A DNA stretch of 64,000 nucleotides from an uncultured Candidatus Saccharibacteria bacterium (GCA_964387275.1 CAYLVW010000004.1:10525-74524); one strand, 5' to 3'; positions 51,562 through 61,591 are shown, counted from the first letter of the stretch. Translations and numbers: made by a program. Notes: generated by a model not told the origin, from the sequence alone.

Positions 51562-51575
51562 TTACATATATTAAC

Positions 51576-54215
51576 TTACTTGGTGCTATTTATATACGCT
51601 ATGCGTTTGATATTAAGAATCTTGATAAGATCATTGACTAGGAGCATAAGTGAACTAAGCACTAATGCAATAACCCAACTAGTTATACCAATGCTTTGAG
51701 TCTCAAAGAAGGTTTTTGCTGGAGTATATAAGATTACTAGTGTAAACATAATTGATAGTACTGATGCAGTAACTAAGTTTCTGTTCACAAATGGAGACCT
51801 ATTTAAAGTAGTTTTCCTAAATGATCTGAAGTTAAACGCTGTTACGATTTCAACAATAATTAAGGTAACTAGGGCTGTAGTTCTACTTTCTTCATAATCA
51901 AATTTTAATATGTTATATGAAACAAAGTAAGCCAGAATAGTTGTAATTCCCATTGATAAAGCTGTAAGTAATAGTAATTTAATGAGTTCTTTATTCAATA
52001 TATTTTCTCTTTTTCTTGGTGCGTCACTCATAATATCATTTGAGGTGGGATTGGTTCCGAGTGTGAGTGCTGGTAAGTTATCTGTAACTAAATTCATAAA
52101 AAGTATCTGAATTGATACTAGTAGCGGAGTTTGCCAACCAAATATTGGAGCAAGTAGCATTCCAAAAAATAAAACTCCGAGCTCAGTTATGTTACAGCTT
52201 AGTTGATATGTCACAAATTTTCTAATATTGTTATAGACAGTTCTACCTTCTGCTATCGCAGCAACTATGGTTGCAAAGTTATCGTCTTTTAGGATTAAAT
52301 CTGACGCTGATCTTGAAACATCGGTACCATTTTTTCCCATAGCAATACCCACATGTGCTTCTTTGAGAGCTGGGGCATCATTTACACCGTCACCCGTCAT
52401 TGCAACAACCTCATCCATTTCTTTTAAGATCTTTACCAAGCGTATTTTATGTTCGGGTTTTACTCTTGCAAAAATTCCGGTTTCTTTTATTGCTATACTA
52501 AGTTCCTGATCGGTCATATTGTCAATATTTTTCCCCTCTAATACATTGCCCGTAATTCCAATTTGATCTGCTATTGACTTAGCTGTTTCTTTACTATCGC
52601 CTGTTGCCATGATAACTCTGATACCTGCTCTTTTTGCCATGGCGACTGAATTTATTGCCTCTTCTCTTGGTGGATCCTCCATAGCAACAAGTCCTAAGAA
52701 AGTGTAATTATCTTCGGTGTATTCACTTTCAGTTAAACCTATATTTTTGTAGGCAAGGCAGAGGGTTCTAAATGCATTGGAGGACATTTCTTTTGCAAGC
52801 ACCTCAATTTTTTCTTTTGATTCTGGGTTTATGGATTTAACTCCTGTTTTTGTAATCACACTTGTGCATTTATTAAGAAGAATCTCGGGAGCTCCTTTAG
52901 AAAAAACAATTATTTTATCAGTGTCTTTATAAGAAACTGACATCATCTTTTTCTCTGAATTGAAAGGATGTTCATCTACTCTTATTGTGTCGTAATCTTC
53001 TTTGTACATACTAGCCTTAGCACCAAGTACTAATAGTGCAGCTTCAGTAGGAGATCCTAGAGCTCTATACTCATTGTCTGTACCTGTTTTTTGTATTTCA
53101 GAATCATTGCATCTTATACCTGCTTCAATTAGTTTAATTAGTTCTTGGTGCTCTCTTAGTCTTATTTCCTCTCCATCCAATGTAATTCTGCCATGGCCGA
53201 CATAGCCACTTCCTCCTACCTCATATAGGATATTACCTGCGAATATAAATTTTACTGTCATTTCTCCTCTTGTTAATGTGCCTGTTTTATCCGAGCAAAT
53301 TGTGGTAACTTCACCCAAAGTTTCTATAATAGACATTCTATTTACAACTGCTTTTTTCTCAGACATTCTCTTTGCTCCTAGTGCTAGGGTAGTAATTAGA
53401 ACAACAGGAAGTCCTTCTGGAAATGCTGAAACCGACAAAGCTATCACAAGTATTAGTATTTCTGTAAGGGTACCGGCATCTAAATTCGGTGCTCTAAAAG
53501 CCATTAGAAGACCTGTTGCTAGTGAAGCTAGTAAAGCAACAGTTACCATATACTTTGCGATACTATTTACTTTTATTTGTAGAGGTAATTCTTTTTCCGC
53601 TGTAGATATTAGGTGGGCAATTTTTCCGAATCTTGTGTTCATACCGGTATGAGTTACTCTTGCTATTCCCCTGCCATTAACTATATAGGTTCCCATAAAT
53701 AGTTTTGATTCGTCTACCTCACTGTTACTGTTATTTAATTGTTTTTTTGTTATTTCTTTTGATTCACCTGTTAGTGCCGACTCGTTAAGTCGAAGCTCAT
53801 GAGACTCGAGTATTTCACAATCTGCGGGGATTTTTTCACCATTTGAAAGAAAAATAATATCACCTGGTACCAATTCTTTTGCAGGTACTTCTTGTTTTTT
53901 TCCGTTTCTTATGACTGTACAAACTGCCGAAATCATCTTTTTCAAGCTTGCAACTGCTTCTTCAGCTTTATATTCTTGTATGAACCCTACTGAAATTACT
54001 ACAATAATCACCGCACTTATTGTGTAAGCTGTTGTGTCCTTCCCTACTGCAAAAGAAATAACTACAGAAGCCAATAACATGTAGATTACAAAATTACTTT
54101 TGATTTGTCTGAAAAGTATTTTTAGTGGGGAAACTTTTTTGGTATCGATTATCTCGTTGTAACCGAATTCTTTGAGTTTATCTTGGGCTTCTTGTATCGA
54201 GAGTCCTTTGAGCAT
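51576..54215 (-). CDS. Cation-transporting P-type ATPase (P2A, Ca2+-like)
   Basis: TGES, PEGLP, DKTGT, KGAPE, EDPPR, GDGVND and NLVTD. Confidence 0.92.
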   Translation of the reverse strand: MLKGLSIQEAQDKLKEFGYNEIIDTKKVSPLKILFRQIKSNFVIYMLLASVVISFAVGKDTTAYTISAVIIVVISVGFIQEYKAEEAVASLKKMISAVCTVIRNGKKQEVPAKELVPGDIIFLSNGEKIPADCEILESHELRLNESALTGESKEITKKQLNNSNSEVDESKLFMGTYIVNGRGIARVTHTGMNTRFGKIAHLISTAEKELPLQIKVNSIAKYMVTVALLASLATGLLMAFRAPNLDAGTLTEILILVIALSVSAFPEGLPVVLITTLALGAKRMSEKKAVVNRMSIIETLGEVTTICSDKTGTLTRGEMTVKFIFAGNILYEVGGSGYVGHGRITLDGEEIRLREHQELIKLIEAGIRCNDSEIQKTGTDNEYRALGSPTEAALLVLGAKASMYKEDYDTIRVDEHPFNSEKKMMSVSYKDTDKIIVFSKGAPEILLNKCTSVITKTGVKSINPESKEKIEVLAKEMSSNAFRTLCLAYKNIGLTESEYTEDNYTFLGLVAMEDPPREEAINSVAMAKRAGIRVIMATGDSKETAKSIADQIGITGNVLEGKNIDNMTDQELSIAIKETGIFARVKPEHKIRLVKILKEMDEVVAMTGDGVNDAPALKEAHVGIAMGKNGTDVSRSASDLILKDDNFATIVAAIAEGRTVYNNIRKFVTYQLSCNITELGVLFFGMLLAPIFGWQTPLLVSIQILFMNLVTDNLPALTLGTNPTSNDIMSDAPRKRENILNKELIKLLLLTALSMGITTILAYFVSYNILKFDYEESRTTALVTLIIVEIVTAFNFRSFRKTTLNRSPFVNRNLVTASVLSIMFTLVILYTPAKTFFETQSIGITSWVIALVLSSLMLLVNDLIKILNIKRIAYINSTK

Positions 54216-54330
54216 TGTTTTAAGTTTAGCAGTATGTATTTTCTTTGAGCAAGTTTTGTAACGTCTTTGTTGGTTTTTATTTTTGCTTTTTGATATTTTC
54301 TTTTAGTGTGTTTAGTTGGGTTAAGTTTGA

Positions 54331-54373
54331 GGGCCGGGCAGTTTGCAGCTTTGCTGCCAAAACTGCCCGGCCC
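54331..54373. repeat. GC-rich hairpin H5
   Basis: GGGCCGGGCAGTTT-GCAGC-ttt-GCTGC-ca-AAACTGCCCGGCCC; 19 pairs. Confidence 0.9.
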
Positions 54374-54419
54374 CACATCAAACACACAAAAATTTATCCA
54401 ACAAATCAAATCCTAAAAC

Positions 54420-55370
54420 TTACACAGCCATATCTGCAGAAATCCTACCCAAATGGTCATATCCACCGAACATAAAATGCTCAAATTGTGCATCAAGTAG
54501 ATAATTCTTAAACACAATCTCATCAAATCTAATCTTAGGTAATCCAGGCAGTGCCATATTAATTCTATCCAATTGTACCTTTGCGGCGTTCAGATGATTA
54601 GAATACAAATGCGCATCTCCAAATTGCACATACAACGTGTCTGGATCATAGCCACTATATTGTGCTATAAGCAAAAGCAGCACGGCATAAGATGTAATAT
54701 TAAAAGGCACTCCCAAAAACCAATCAGCACTTCTTTGGTACATTGTCATACTTAACTTGTTACCCTTAACATGCACCTGAAAAGCAAAATGACATGGCGG
54801 TAGTGCTACGTCATGAACTTGTTGGGGATTCCAAGCAAGCACCATATGCTGTCTTGACTCGGGTTTCTCTTTAAGGTTTAGGAGTAAATTTTTAATCTGA
54901 TCAACTCCTGTGCCTGATACACCATAACCTTTGAAATTCCTCCACATAGCTCCATAAACACCACCAAGATTACCATACGTAGCTGCAAACCCAGGATCAG
55001 AAAGTATGAATTTAGTGTAGTCCTCAATACCGATATTCGGAAAACCTTTACGTTTCTTGTTATATTCGTATGCGTTTGGAGTCCAAATCCCAACTTTATT
55101 TTCTAATAGATATCTAATATTACTACTACCACTTAGCATCCAGATAAGCTCAATAATTACAGATTTAATATGCACGAACTTGGTTCTAAGAACCGGTAGA
55201 GCATCAAAAGATACCGGAACTTTTAGACCAACTCCAAATTCACTTACTGTACCTACCCCTGTTCTATCTCTATCTACTAGTTCTATTTGTTGGGCAATGA
55301 TAAGTTTATCGTAAAGTCTTTTTAGTACTCTAAGGTATTGTTGTTCAAAATCCAGTACGGTATTGTCCAT
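54420..55370 (-). CDS. thyA: Thymidylate synthase
   Basis: DRTGVGT, ELIW, YGAMWR, ALPPCH, YQRSAD, GVPFNI and GDAHLY. Confidence 0.95.
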   Translation of the reverse strand: MDNTVLDFEQQYLRVLKRLYDKLIIAQQIELVDRDRTGVGTVSEFGVGLKVPVSFDALPVLRTKFVHIKSVIIELIWMLSGSSNIRYLLENKVGIWTPNAYEYNKKRKGFPNIGIEDYTKFILSDPGFAATYGNLGGVYGAMWRNFKGYGVSGTGVDQIKNLLLNLKEKPESRQHMVLAWNPQQVHDVALPPCHFAFQVHVKGNKLSMTMYQRSADWFLGVPFNITSYAVLLLLIAQYSGYDPDTLYVQFGDAHLYSNHLNAAKVQLDRINMALPGLPKIRFDEIVFKNYLLDAQFEHFMFGGYDHLGRISADMAV

Positions 55371-55467
55371 TTTCTCTACCTCCGCTGTTTTTGTTAAGTT
55401 AACAGAAGGTCAGCACTTAGTAAAGATCCACACTATTGTTTTATTAGCCCAAAAACTTATAGCATAT

Positions 55468-55507
55468 AAAAAACCGCCTTGGGGTATTAAATACCTTACA
55501 GCGGTTT
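55468..55507 (-). terminator. Intrinsic terminator
   Basis: Minus-strand stem AAACCGC...AAGGTATT/AATACCCC...GCGGTTT followed by a T tract, just after the stop at 55521. Confidence 0.75.
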
Positions 55508-55520
55508 ATAGAATTTAACC

Positions 55521-56792
55521 CTAATTAGGATTTGGTATCTGCACTACAACATTCATGAAGTTTACTTTCATTTCGTAGTCACCTGTTTTAAGAAATCGAG
55601 CCCAAGTGTTGTAATCATAAGCGAGAGTGAAGTACCCTTTATCTCCAATTTTTTGGTTAGACTCGCAGTAGAAAGTTACACTGTATCTTCCTACGTTCTC
55701 CTGAGCTTTTTGTTGGCCCAGTGTAGGATTTCCTCCAAGATATTGATTGTTTAACCTATACGAATTAGAGTAGTACGGGTTATGATCATTACCATTAGTA
55801 TAATATGTGCCTATTTGGCCCCATCTATTTATGTTATAGGTATGATACCAATCGTAGATATCTTCAAAATGGTAGATTTCAGTTGTTACAGGCTTAGTGC
55901 ACGCGTAGTACTCAATACTACTCGACCCACAATCATAAGGCTCCGAGCCTCCTGAGCCATCTCCATAGTCCACATCCCTATAGCAGATCTTAGGTTCGTA
56001 TTCAGTCCGCGAACATGTATCTGACACATACTCTGTTTTATACCCATCGGTAATCTTTTCATCCCTACCTGTATCCATAAATACTGAGCTAACATCATAA
56101 GCTCCTGGTGGATAAGTAGTCCAACTGGATTCTCTAAAAGCTTGATACTCATATACAGTTACGCTTTGTTCCCAATTAAATCCTGTAACTGTAGCAGTAG
56201 TAGGAGTAAGGTTAAAAAAGAAATTCCAGATAAACAAAATAAAAAGAATAATACCTGCGCCACTGCCAATTGCAGCAATTCTACTTCTAGGCTCACTCTG
56301 ATCGTACCACTGTCTGGCTTTGTAAGTTATATTCTCAAAGCCATCCCTAAGGTCTATGATTCCATAGTTTTGAGCTTTGCTGTCACTGGGGACCTTGTAT
56401 CCTGTAGTAGTTGTAGGTTCTTGAGCCCCTCCATCTACATAAGTATAGGGGTCCACACCTTTTTCAGCCTGCTCAGTTGAGGTAGGCGCTGTACCTTGTT
56501 CATATTTAGTTACCTTATGAACATGGAATTTAGTGCCTTTTTCAGCTTTACAGTATTCACAGATGGTAGCAGTATCTTTATTTCCAGATCCACACTTTGA
56601 GCAGTACCAGTTCGGACCTCCACTACCTAACTGTGCTGCAATTTCTGTGGTTACCTCAGGAGCATCCTTAATGTTATAGAAAGCTACTCCTAGTTCCCTA
56701 ACTTTATTGCAGTTAGGGCACACCTTAACATTACCCAAGAGTCTCTTAGTACCGCAGTATCTGCAGTCCCAAGCCATGAGGTACCTTGCCAT
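55521..56792 (-). CDS. Double zinc-ribbon membrane protein with a Cys/Tyr-rich extracellular domain
   Basis: WDCRYC..CPNC and WYCSKC..CEYC, one TM, Cys-containing C-domain; TTTACA-17-TATAAT promoter and SD AAGGAG. Confidence 0.75.
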   Translation of the reverse strand: MARYLMAWDCRYCGTKRLLGNVKVCPNCNKVRELGVAFYNIKDAPEVTTEIAAQLGSGGPNWYCSKCGSGNKDTATICEYCKAEKGTKFHVHKVTKYEQGTAPTSTEQAEKGVDPYTYVDGGAQEPTTTTGYKVPSDSKAQNYGIIDLRDGFENITYKARQWYDQSEPRSRIAAIGSGAGIILFILFIWNFFFNLTPTTATVTGFNWEQSVTVYEYQAFRESSWTTYPPGAYDVSSVFMDTGRDEKITDGYKTEYVSDTCSRTEYEPKICYRDVDYGDGSGGSEPYDCGSSSIEYYACTKPVTTEIYHFEDIYDWYHTYNINRWGQIGTYYTNGNDHNPYYSNSYRLNNQYLGGNPTLGQQKAQENVGRYSVTFYCESNQKIGDKGYFTLAYDYNTWARFLKTGDYEMKVNFMNVVVQIPNPN

Positions 56793-57017
56793 ATCTTTCT
56801 CCTTCTAGAGTTAGCGATATTATACTATGGGATACGTTTGATGTAAATCTGAATGGAGCCTGAATTTATTTTTAATGCTAGGGGTTTAAATCAGATAAGA
56901 AGCAAGGTTTTTTCGTCTGTAAGAAAAGGCATCTTGGCTTTAGTAAGGTGAGTATTTTTACTATATTAACCTGAGAATAATAGACAAATATAAATATGTT
57001 TGCTGTAAAATAGTTTA

Positions 57018-58097
57018 ATGTTTATTAAAATTTCCCTGGTTGTTGCTGTACTGTCTTTTTTAACTGTTGGTTATTATATTATTAGTAACAAACCTCAATC
57101 AGATTTATCAATTGATTCTCAGACTAATAGTAGTAGTATTTTTTCCAATGTTCCAAATGAGCAAATTCCTACTAAACTTAGCATTGAGTATCTAAGGACT
57201 CAAAAATTTGATTCTGTAGCACCAACCATTACTGAACAACTTGCTCAAGGTACAAACTATAATCGCTACATTGCAACATATACAAGCGAAGGTCTAAAGA
57301 TAAATGGGCTTCTCACAGTTCCTTTAGGGGATATACCTGAAGGTGGTTATAGTGCAATTATATTTAATCATGGGTACATACCACCAAATCAATATTCCAC
57401 CACTGAAAAATATTTGGCATATATAGACTATCTGGCAAGAAATGGATTTGTAGTTTTTAAGATAGACATGAGAGGTCATGGTAACTCTGAGGGTATACCG
57501 ACAGGTTCTTACTTTTCTCCTTCTTATACAATAGATGCAATTAGTGCACTCAAAAGTTTACAAAAATTAGATTATGTAAATCCTAGTAAAATAGGTATGT
57601 GGGGACATAGCATGTCTGGTAACTTAACATTACGTGCAATGTTAGTAGAGCCTGATATAAAAGCAGGCGTGATTTGGGGAGGCGCTGTTTATAGTTATGA
57701 AGATTTTGCAAAGTATAGGATTAGTGATAACAGCTTTGTAAGGACACCAGGAACAGGCAGTAATAATAGGTCTAGTATAGAACCTGAGTATGCGTCTGAA
57801 GTGCAAAAAATTAGAGATGATTCAAAAAATGTTGATTTTGATAGTAAGTTTTGGAAAAGTATTTCACTTACAAACAATATTAATTATTTATCCGCACCAC
57901 TTCAACTCCACCACTCTATAAATGATGACGTTGTAGATATTGGTTATTCTAGGGATTTGGCAGATGTGCTAGAAGCAAACAGTAAAAACTACGAGTTATT
58001 TGAATATTCCGGAGGTGGTCATAATATTAACTCCCCCTACTTTGAACAAGCTATGTTAAGAACCGTTGAGTTTTTCAAAGAAAACCTTAATAATTAA
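57018..58097 (+). CDS. Membrane-anchored alpha/beta hydrolase (peptidase S9-like)
   Basis: NHGY, DMRGHG, GHSMSG nucleophile elbow, DDVV and GGH. Confidence 0.88.
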   Translation: MFIKISLVVAVLSFLTVGYYIISNKPQSDLSIDSQTNSSSIFSNVPNEQIPTKLSIEYLRTQKFDSVAPTITEQLAQGTNYNRYIATYTSEGLKINGLLTVPLGDIPEGGYSAIIFNHGYIPPNQYSTTEKYLAYIDYLARNGFVVFKIDMRGHGNSEGIPTGSYFSPSYTIDAISALKSLQKLDYVNPSKIGMWGHSMSGNLTLRAMLVEPDIKAGVIWGGAVYSYEDFAKYRISDNSFVRTPGTGSNNRSSIEPEYASEVQKIRDDSKNVDFDSKFWKSISLTNNINYLSAPLQLHHSINDDVVDIGYSRDLADVLEANSKNYELFEYSGGGHNINSPYFEQAMLRTVEFFKENLNN

Positions 58098-58101
58098 TCT
58101 T

Positions 58102-58752
58102 ATGGATCGTTATTACTTTGAAGAATATATAAAGACTCTAAATTTAGATTCACCAACTATTCAGTATCAGAAAATTTCTAGTATAAATTCCGACCTTAAG
58201 CTCCAGTTAGCAAAGATGTATTGCACTTTATTTAATGCTGACAACAAAAACTTTATAGCAATGTTTGGTACAACAGGACGTACTGTTCCCGAGGGTCTTT
58301 GGACTGAGGAGCCTTATAGTATTGATACAGCCTTATCACTAATATTAGATTATATGAGTGCTAAATATATAGGTATTGTTGCAACTACAGGCATTCCAGG
58401 GTTAGACGAGATAAAAGCATTAGGAGCCTGTATTTACAAAAAAAGTAGTTTTGATGAACTGTCGAGTAAAGGTTATGAGGTGCCATTTTTAGTACCGGAT
58501 AGTGTCGAGCTTTGGTCTGGTATAGATACATTCAGAAGGCCGGCTCAAATCCAATCTCAGCCCTTAAAAGATTTATCTTCAAAAATGCGTAATGAATTGG
58601 TGAATTCTTACAAAACTAAAAATTCTATATTAATGTACAGCAGTACTAATAATCCTGTTATGGTTAATGCTCTTAAAAAAGATAATTTCACTATAGTTGA
58701 GAAATTAACTACTTTTGGTAATAGGTTTCAGGCTTTTAAGATAATTTCCTAA
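58102..58752 (+). CDS. Hypothetical protein (possible GNAT-like fold)
   Basis: ORF starts 4 bp after the hydrolase stop; the fold guess is weak. Confidence 0.55.
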   Translation: MDRYYFEEYIKTLNLDSPTIQYQKISSINSDLKLQLAKMYCTLFNADNKNFIAMFGTTGRTVPEGLWTEEPYSIDTALSLILDYMSAKYIGIVATTGIPGLDEIKALGACIYKKSSFDELSSKGYEVPFLVPDSVELWSGIDTFRRPAQIQSQPLKDLSSKMRNELVNSYKTKNSILMYSSTNNPVMVNALKKDNFTIVEKLTTFGNRFQAFKIIS

Positions 58753-58788
58753 CTTCGAAAAATTTAAGGGTTATATAAATCAATATAC

Positions 58789-59748
58789 TTACTTAAGAAT
58801 TTTTAAGAAATTCTTAACTATTGTTTCTACATCTTCATAGTTTTTAGTTTGCATTAAATTTTGCCTTAATTCATCAGCTCCTGGGAAGTTTTTCACGTAT
58901 ATTTTAAAGAATTTTTTCATCGTTTCAAAATTCCTTGTTTTTCCCCACGTTTTTGTAAAGTGACTAGTGTGCTCCAATAGGATCTCAAGTCTTTCATGTA
59001 CTGAATGCTCTTTTAATTTTTGTTCGAATACCCATGGATTATGAAATACTCCCCTTCCAATCATTACCCCGTCTACTCCGTATTGATTTGTTTTTTGTAA
59101 AACTTCTTCGTAAGATGTAACATCCCCATTACCAATTATTAGGATGTTTTTATTAATTTTGTTTCTAAGCTCAACTAGATTCCCGATTTGTTCCCAATTT
59201 GCAGGAATTTTGGACATAGATTTTGCGTCTCTGGCGTGGAGAGTTAAGAGTTGAATATCTTGAGTAAGTAAAAATTTCAGCCAATCCGTAGTTTTTTCAG
59301 AGTTTCTATCGAGTCTGGTTTTAATACTTAGTGGAATACTAGGAGCACCTTTTCTTGCAGCTAAAATTATTTTTTGTACCAGTTCTTTATTATTAACAAG
59401 TGCCGCTCCTGCATTATTTTTCATTACTTTTTTATCAGGACATCCCATGTTTATATCAATTCCGTCAAACCCAAGTTCTTCCACTATGGAAGCTGCCTTT
59501 TCGAAATGTTCTGGATTTGAGCCCCAAATTTGAGCGACCACAGGTCTTTGCTGTTTGGAATATTTAAGCTTTCTCATTACCTTATCTTTACCTACTGAGA
59601 GAAGCCCATCGATATTTGTAAACTCTGTAACAAACACACTGGGTCTTGCCAACTTATTTATAACATCTCTAAAAACCAAATCTGTTACATCGTCCATTGG
59701 AGCTAGTATTGTTATTGGTTTGTCTAGTTTGGTCCAGAAATTAATCAC
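58789..59748 (-). CDS. dus: tRNA-dihydrouridine synthase
   Basis: LAPM, DINMGCP, GAAL, HAR, GNGD and MIGRG. Confidence 0.92.
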   Translation of the reverse strand: MINFWTKLDKPITILAPMDDVTDLVFRDVINKLARPSVFVTEFTNIDGLLSVGKDKVMRKLKYSKQQRPVVAQIWGSNPEHFEKAASIVEELGFDGIDINMGCPDKKVMKNNAGAALVNNKELVQKIILAARKGAPSIPLSIKTRLDRNSEKTTDWLKFLLTQDIQLLTLHARDAKSMSKIPANWEQIGNLVELRNKINKNILIIGNGDVTSYEEVLQKTNQYGVDGVMIGRGVFHNPWVFEQKLKEHSVHERLEILLEHTSHFTKTWGKTRNFETMKKFFKIYVKNFPGADELRQNLMQTKNYEDVETIVKNFLKILK

Positions 59749-59846
59749 GCCTGATTATATTAGATATAGGCTATAATTATCAAATTTCAGCTACATTACA
59801 ATATAAGGTTGTGCTACAATCCAACCCTAGGACCAAAGGAGAGAAA

Positions 59847-60338
59847 ATGCGTGTAGGCATGATTGTGGCACACGATTTGAATAATGGAATTGGTTTTAAA
59901 AGCGGTAGTCCTTGGAATGTCCCTAAGGATCTTGAGATTTTTAGATCTAGAACTCTTGGAAATGCTGTTATTGTAGGTAGAAGTACCTGGGAATCTATGA
60001 CCACTGAGCTGCCTGGTAGAGATGTTTATGTATTGTCTAAAAATCCTTTATATAGACCCAGAGGCACTGTTTGTGGGATTTTTAGAAATCCTAAAGATAT
60101 TATTGATCTTTGCAATTCTGATAAGAATTACCCTTGGGTTTATGTGATAGGTGGGTCGTTAGTATACGAAACCTGTATTAGGTATGTGGGTACTATCTAT
60201 GAAACTGTAATTTACGGTAATTTTCAATGGGATACACTTTTTGATCCTAGATGGTTGGCCGGCTTTATACAAACTAAGTACCAGTTTTTTAGTGTTAAGC
60301 CCTATTCATTTGCATTAAATACCTATAAAAGAGAGTAA
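59847..60338 (+). CDS. folA: Dihydrofolate reductase
   Basis: IVA..GIG..PW..PKDL..F, VGRSTWES, LPGR, VIGG and DTLF; SD AAGGAG before ATG 59847. Confidence 0.9.
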   Translation: MRVGMIVAHDLNNGIGFKSGSPWNVPKDLEIFRSRTLGNAVIVGRSTWESMTTELPGRDVYVLSKNPLYRPRGTVCGIFRNPKDIIDLCNSDKNYPWVYVIGGSLVYETCIRYVGTIYETVIYGNFQWDTLFDPRWLAGFIQTKYQFFSVKPYSFALNTYKRE

Positions 60339-60369
60339 GGTATTATCTAGCCAGTTCTATTTTGGAGTA

Positions 60370-60927
60370 CTAGGACTGGCTATTTTTATCTATATCCTTG
60401 ATTGAGAAACCAAGATCTTTAAAGATAATATCTCTTAGATAAATACTACCTACAAATAGTACGACATCTATACTTTGCCCGACCCTGAATGCGCCATTTT
60501 TAAGGTCTTCAATAGTGTCTGGGCAAAGCTCAGGTAACCTATCTACAACTTGAGCTATACATGACTCCGCATCATATGCGGTTGCCGGCTTAGATTCGAG
60601 TATCTTTTCCAATAAGAAATCTTTTTTTGATTCAATAATTTCCTTTATACCGCTTTCTTCTAATATCTTTTCCCCTTCAATATTTAATTTTCTAGGGGAG
60701 GTGGCAGGAGCATACTTATCTTTCCACAAAGTGTTAACTCTATCTTCAATAGTACCAAACCTTTCACGAATATTTTTTAAATCAGGTTTAATTTCTTTTT
60801 CTAACGTCTCTTTTATGTCGTTAACACTTTTATTTAGAATTCCCCAAGCAACTCCCATGCCAAATAAAAACGCAATTACGGCGATAAAAGTTCCTATATT
60901 GTTTGCTAAATCCATTGAAGTAATCAT
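60370..60927 (-). CDS. Hypothetical protein with N-terminal TM and coiled coil
   Basis: TM helix followed by a heptad-like segment; TATATT 6 nt before the ATG. Confidence 0.65.
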   Translation of the reverse strand: MITSMDLANNIGTFIAVIAFLFGMGVAWGILNKSVNDIKETLEKEIKPDLKNIRERFGTIEDRVNTLWKDKYAPATSPRKLNIEGEKILEESGIKEIIESKKDFLLEKILESKPATAYDAESCIAQVVDRLPELCPDTIEDLKNGAFRVGQSIDVVLFVGSIYLRDIIFKDLGFSIKDIDKNSQS

Positions 60928-61005
60928 GTCTTCAATATACTTTTCTGTATGGTGTAAATCAAGTTGTATAGTTATATTTATTATAGATAAGCTCTATAAA
61001 ATAGA

Positions 61006-61527
61006 TTAAGGTTTTATATTAGTATTTTCTTGAATATTTAGTTTAAGATTTTGTCTGCTAAATTTTACAATAGCAAGAGGCATGACCGGTTTATAAGACA
61101 CATGATCACCATCAGCAATACCATCCGAGACTTTGCTATCCACTATATACATATATCCCTCTTGGTTTAGTTTATTCAGATCGTCGATATAGATGTTGTA
61201 ATATATTAATTTTCCTGATTTGTCACGTTCGAATCTATAGCCACTTCTGGAATTGCCTAAAATAGTTTTTGTCATTGAAGTTAGCGGGTTTTTTGACATA
61301 TACACCGCATTTAAACTGCCTAGTGGTCTTTTTGTATCAGAAGCTTGCCTCGGCTCAATTACAGGAAATAGTTTTGGAGATCCGTGTAGTAAATAGCCAT
61401 TTTCTACTGCCCAATCAAATAACGTTTCTGGGTTTTCCATGGTGTAGTAAGTTATTGCATTTAGTTCTTTTGATCGAGCTCCCGATACTTCGAGTTGATG
61501 CAATAGTTCACGTTTTTTAGTATTCAT
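61006..61527 (-). CDS. Hypothetical protein, possible ADP-ribosyltransferase fold
   Basis: LLHGS ... AVYMS ... GYMYIV pattern. Confidence 0.45.
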   Translation of the reverse strand: MNTKKRELLHQLEVSGARSKELNAITYYTMENPETLFDWAVENGYLLHGSPKLFPVIEPRQASDTKRPLGSLNAVYMSKNPLTSMTKTILGNSRSGYRFERDKSGKLIYYNIYIDDLNKLNQEGYMYIVDSKVSDGIADGDHVSYKPVMPLAIVKFSRQNLKLNIQENTNIKP

Positions 61528-61591
61528 TTATTTTGTTTTATCCTCTAATGCATTTACCATATATTTTAATATTACCTCCAATTTAGATTAT

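Noticed and set aside
23531-54373. Calling H1-H5 ordinary Rho-independent terminators
   Set aside because: No T tract follows the stem on either strand. Kept only as an alternative hypothesis.
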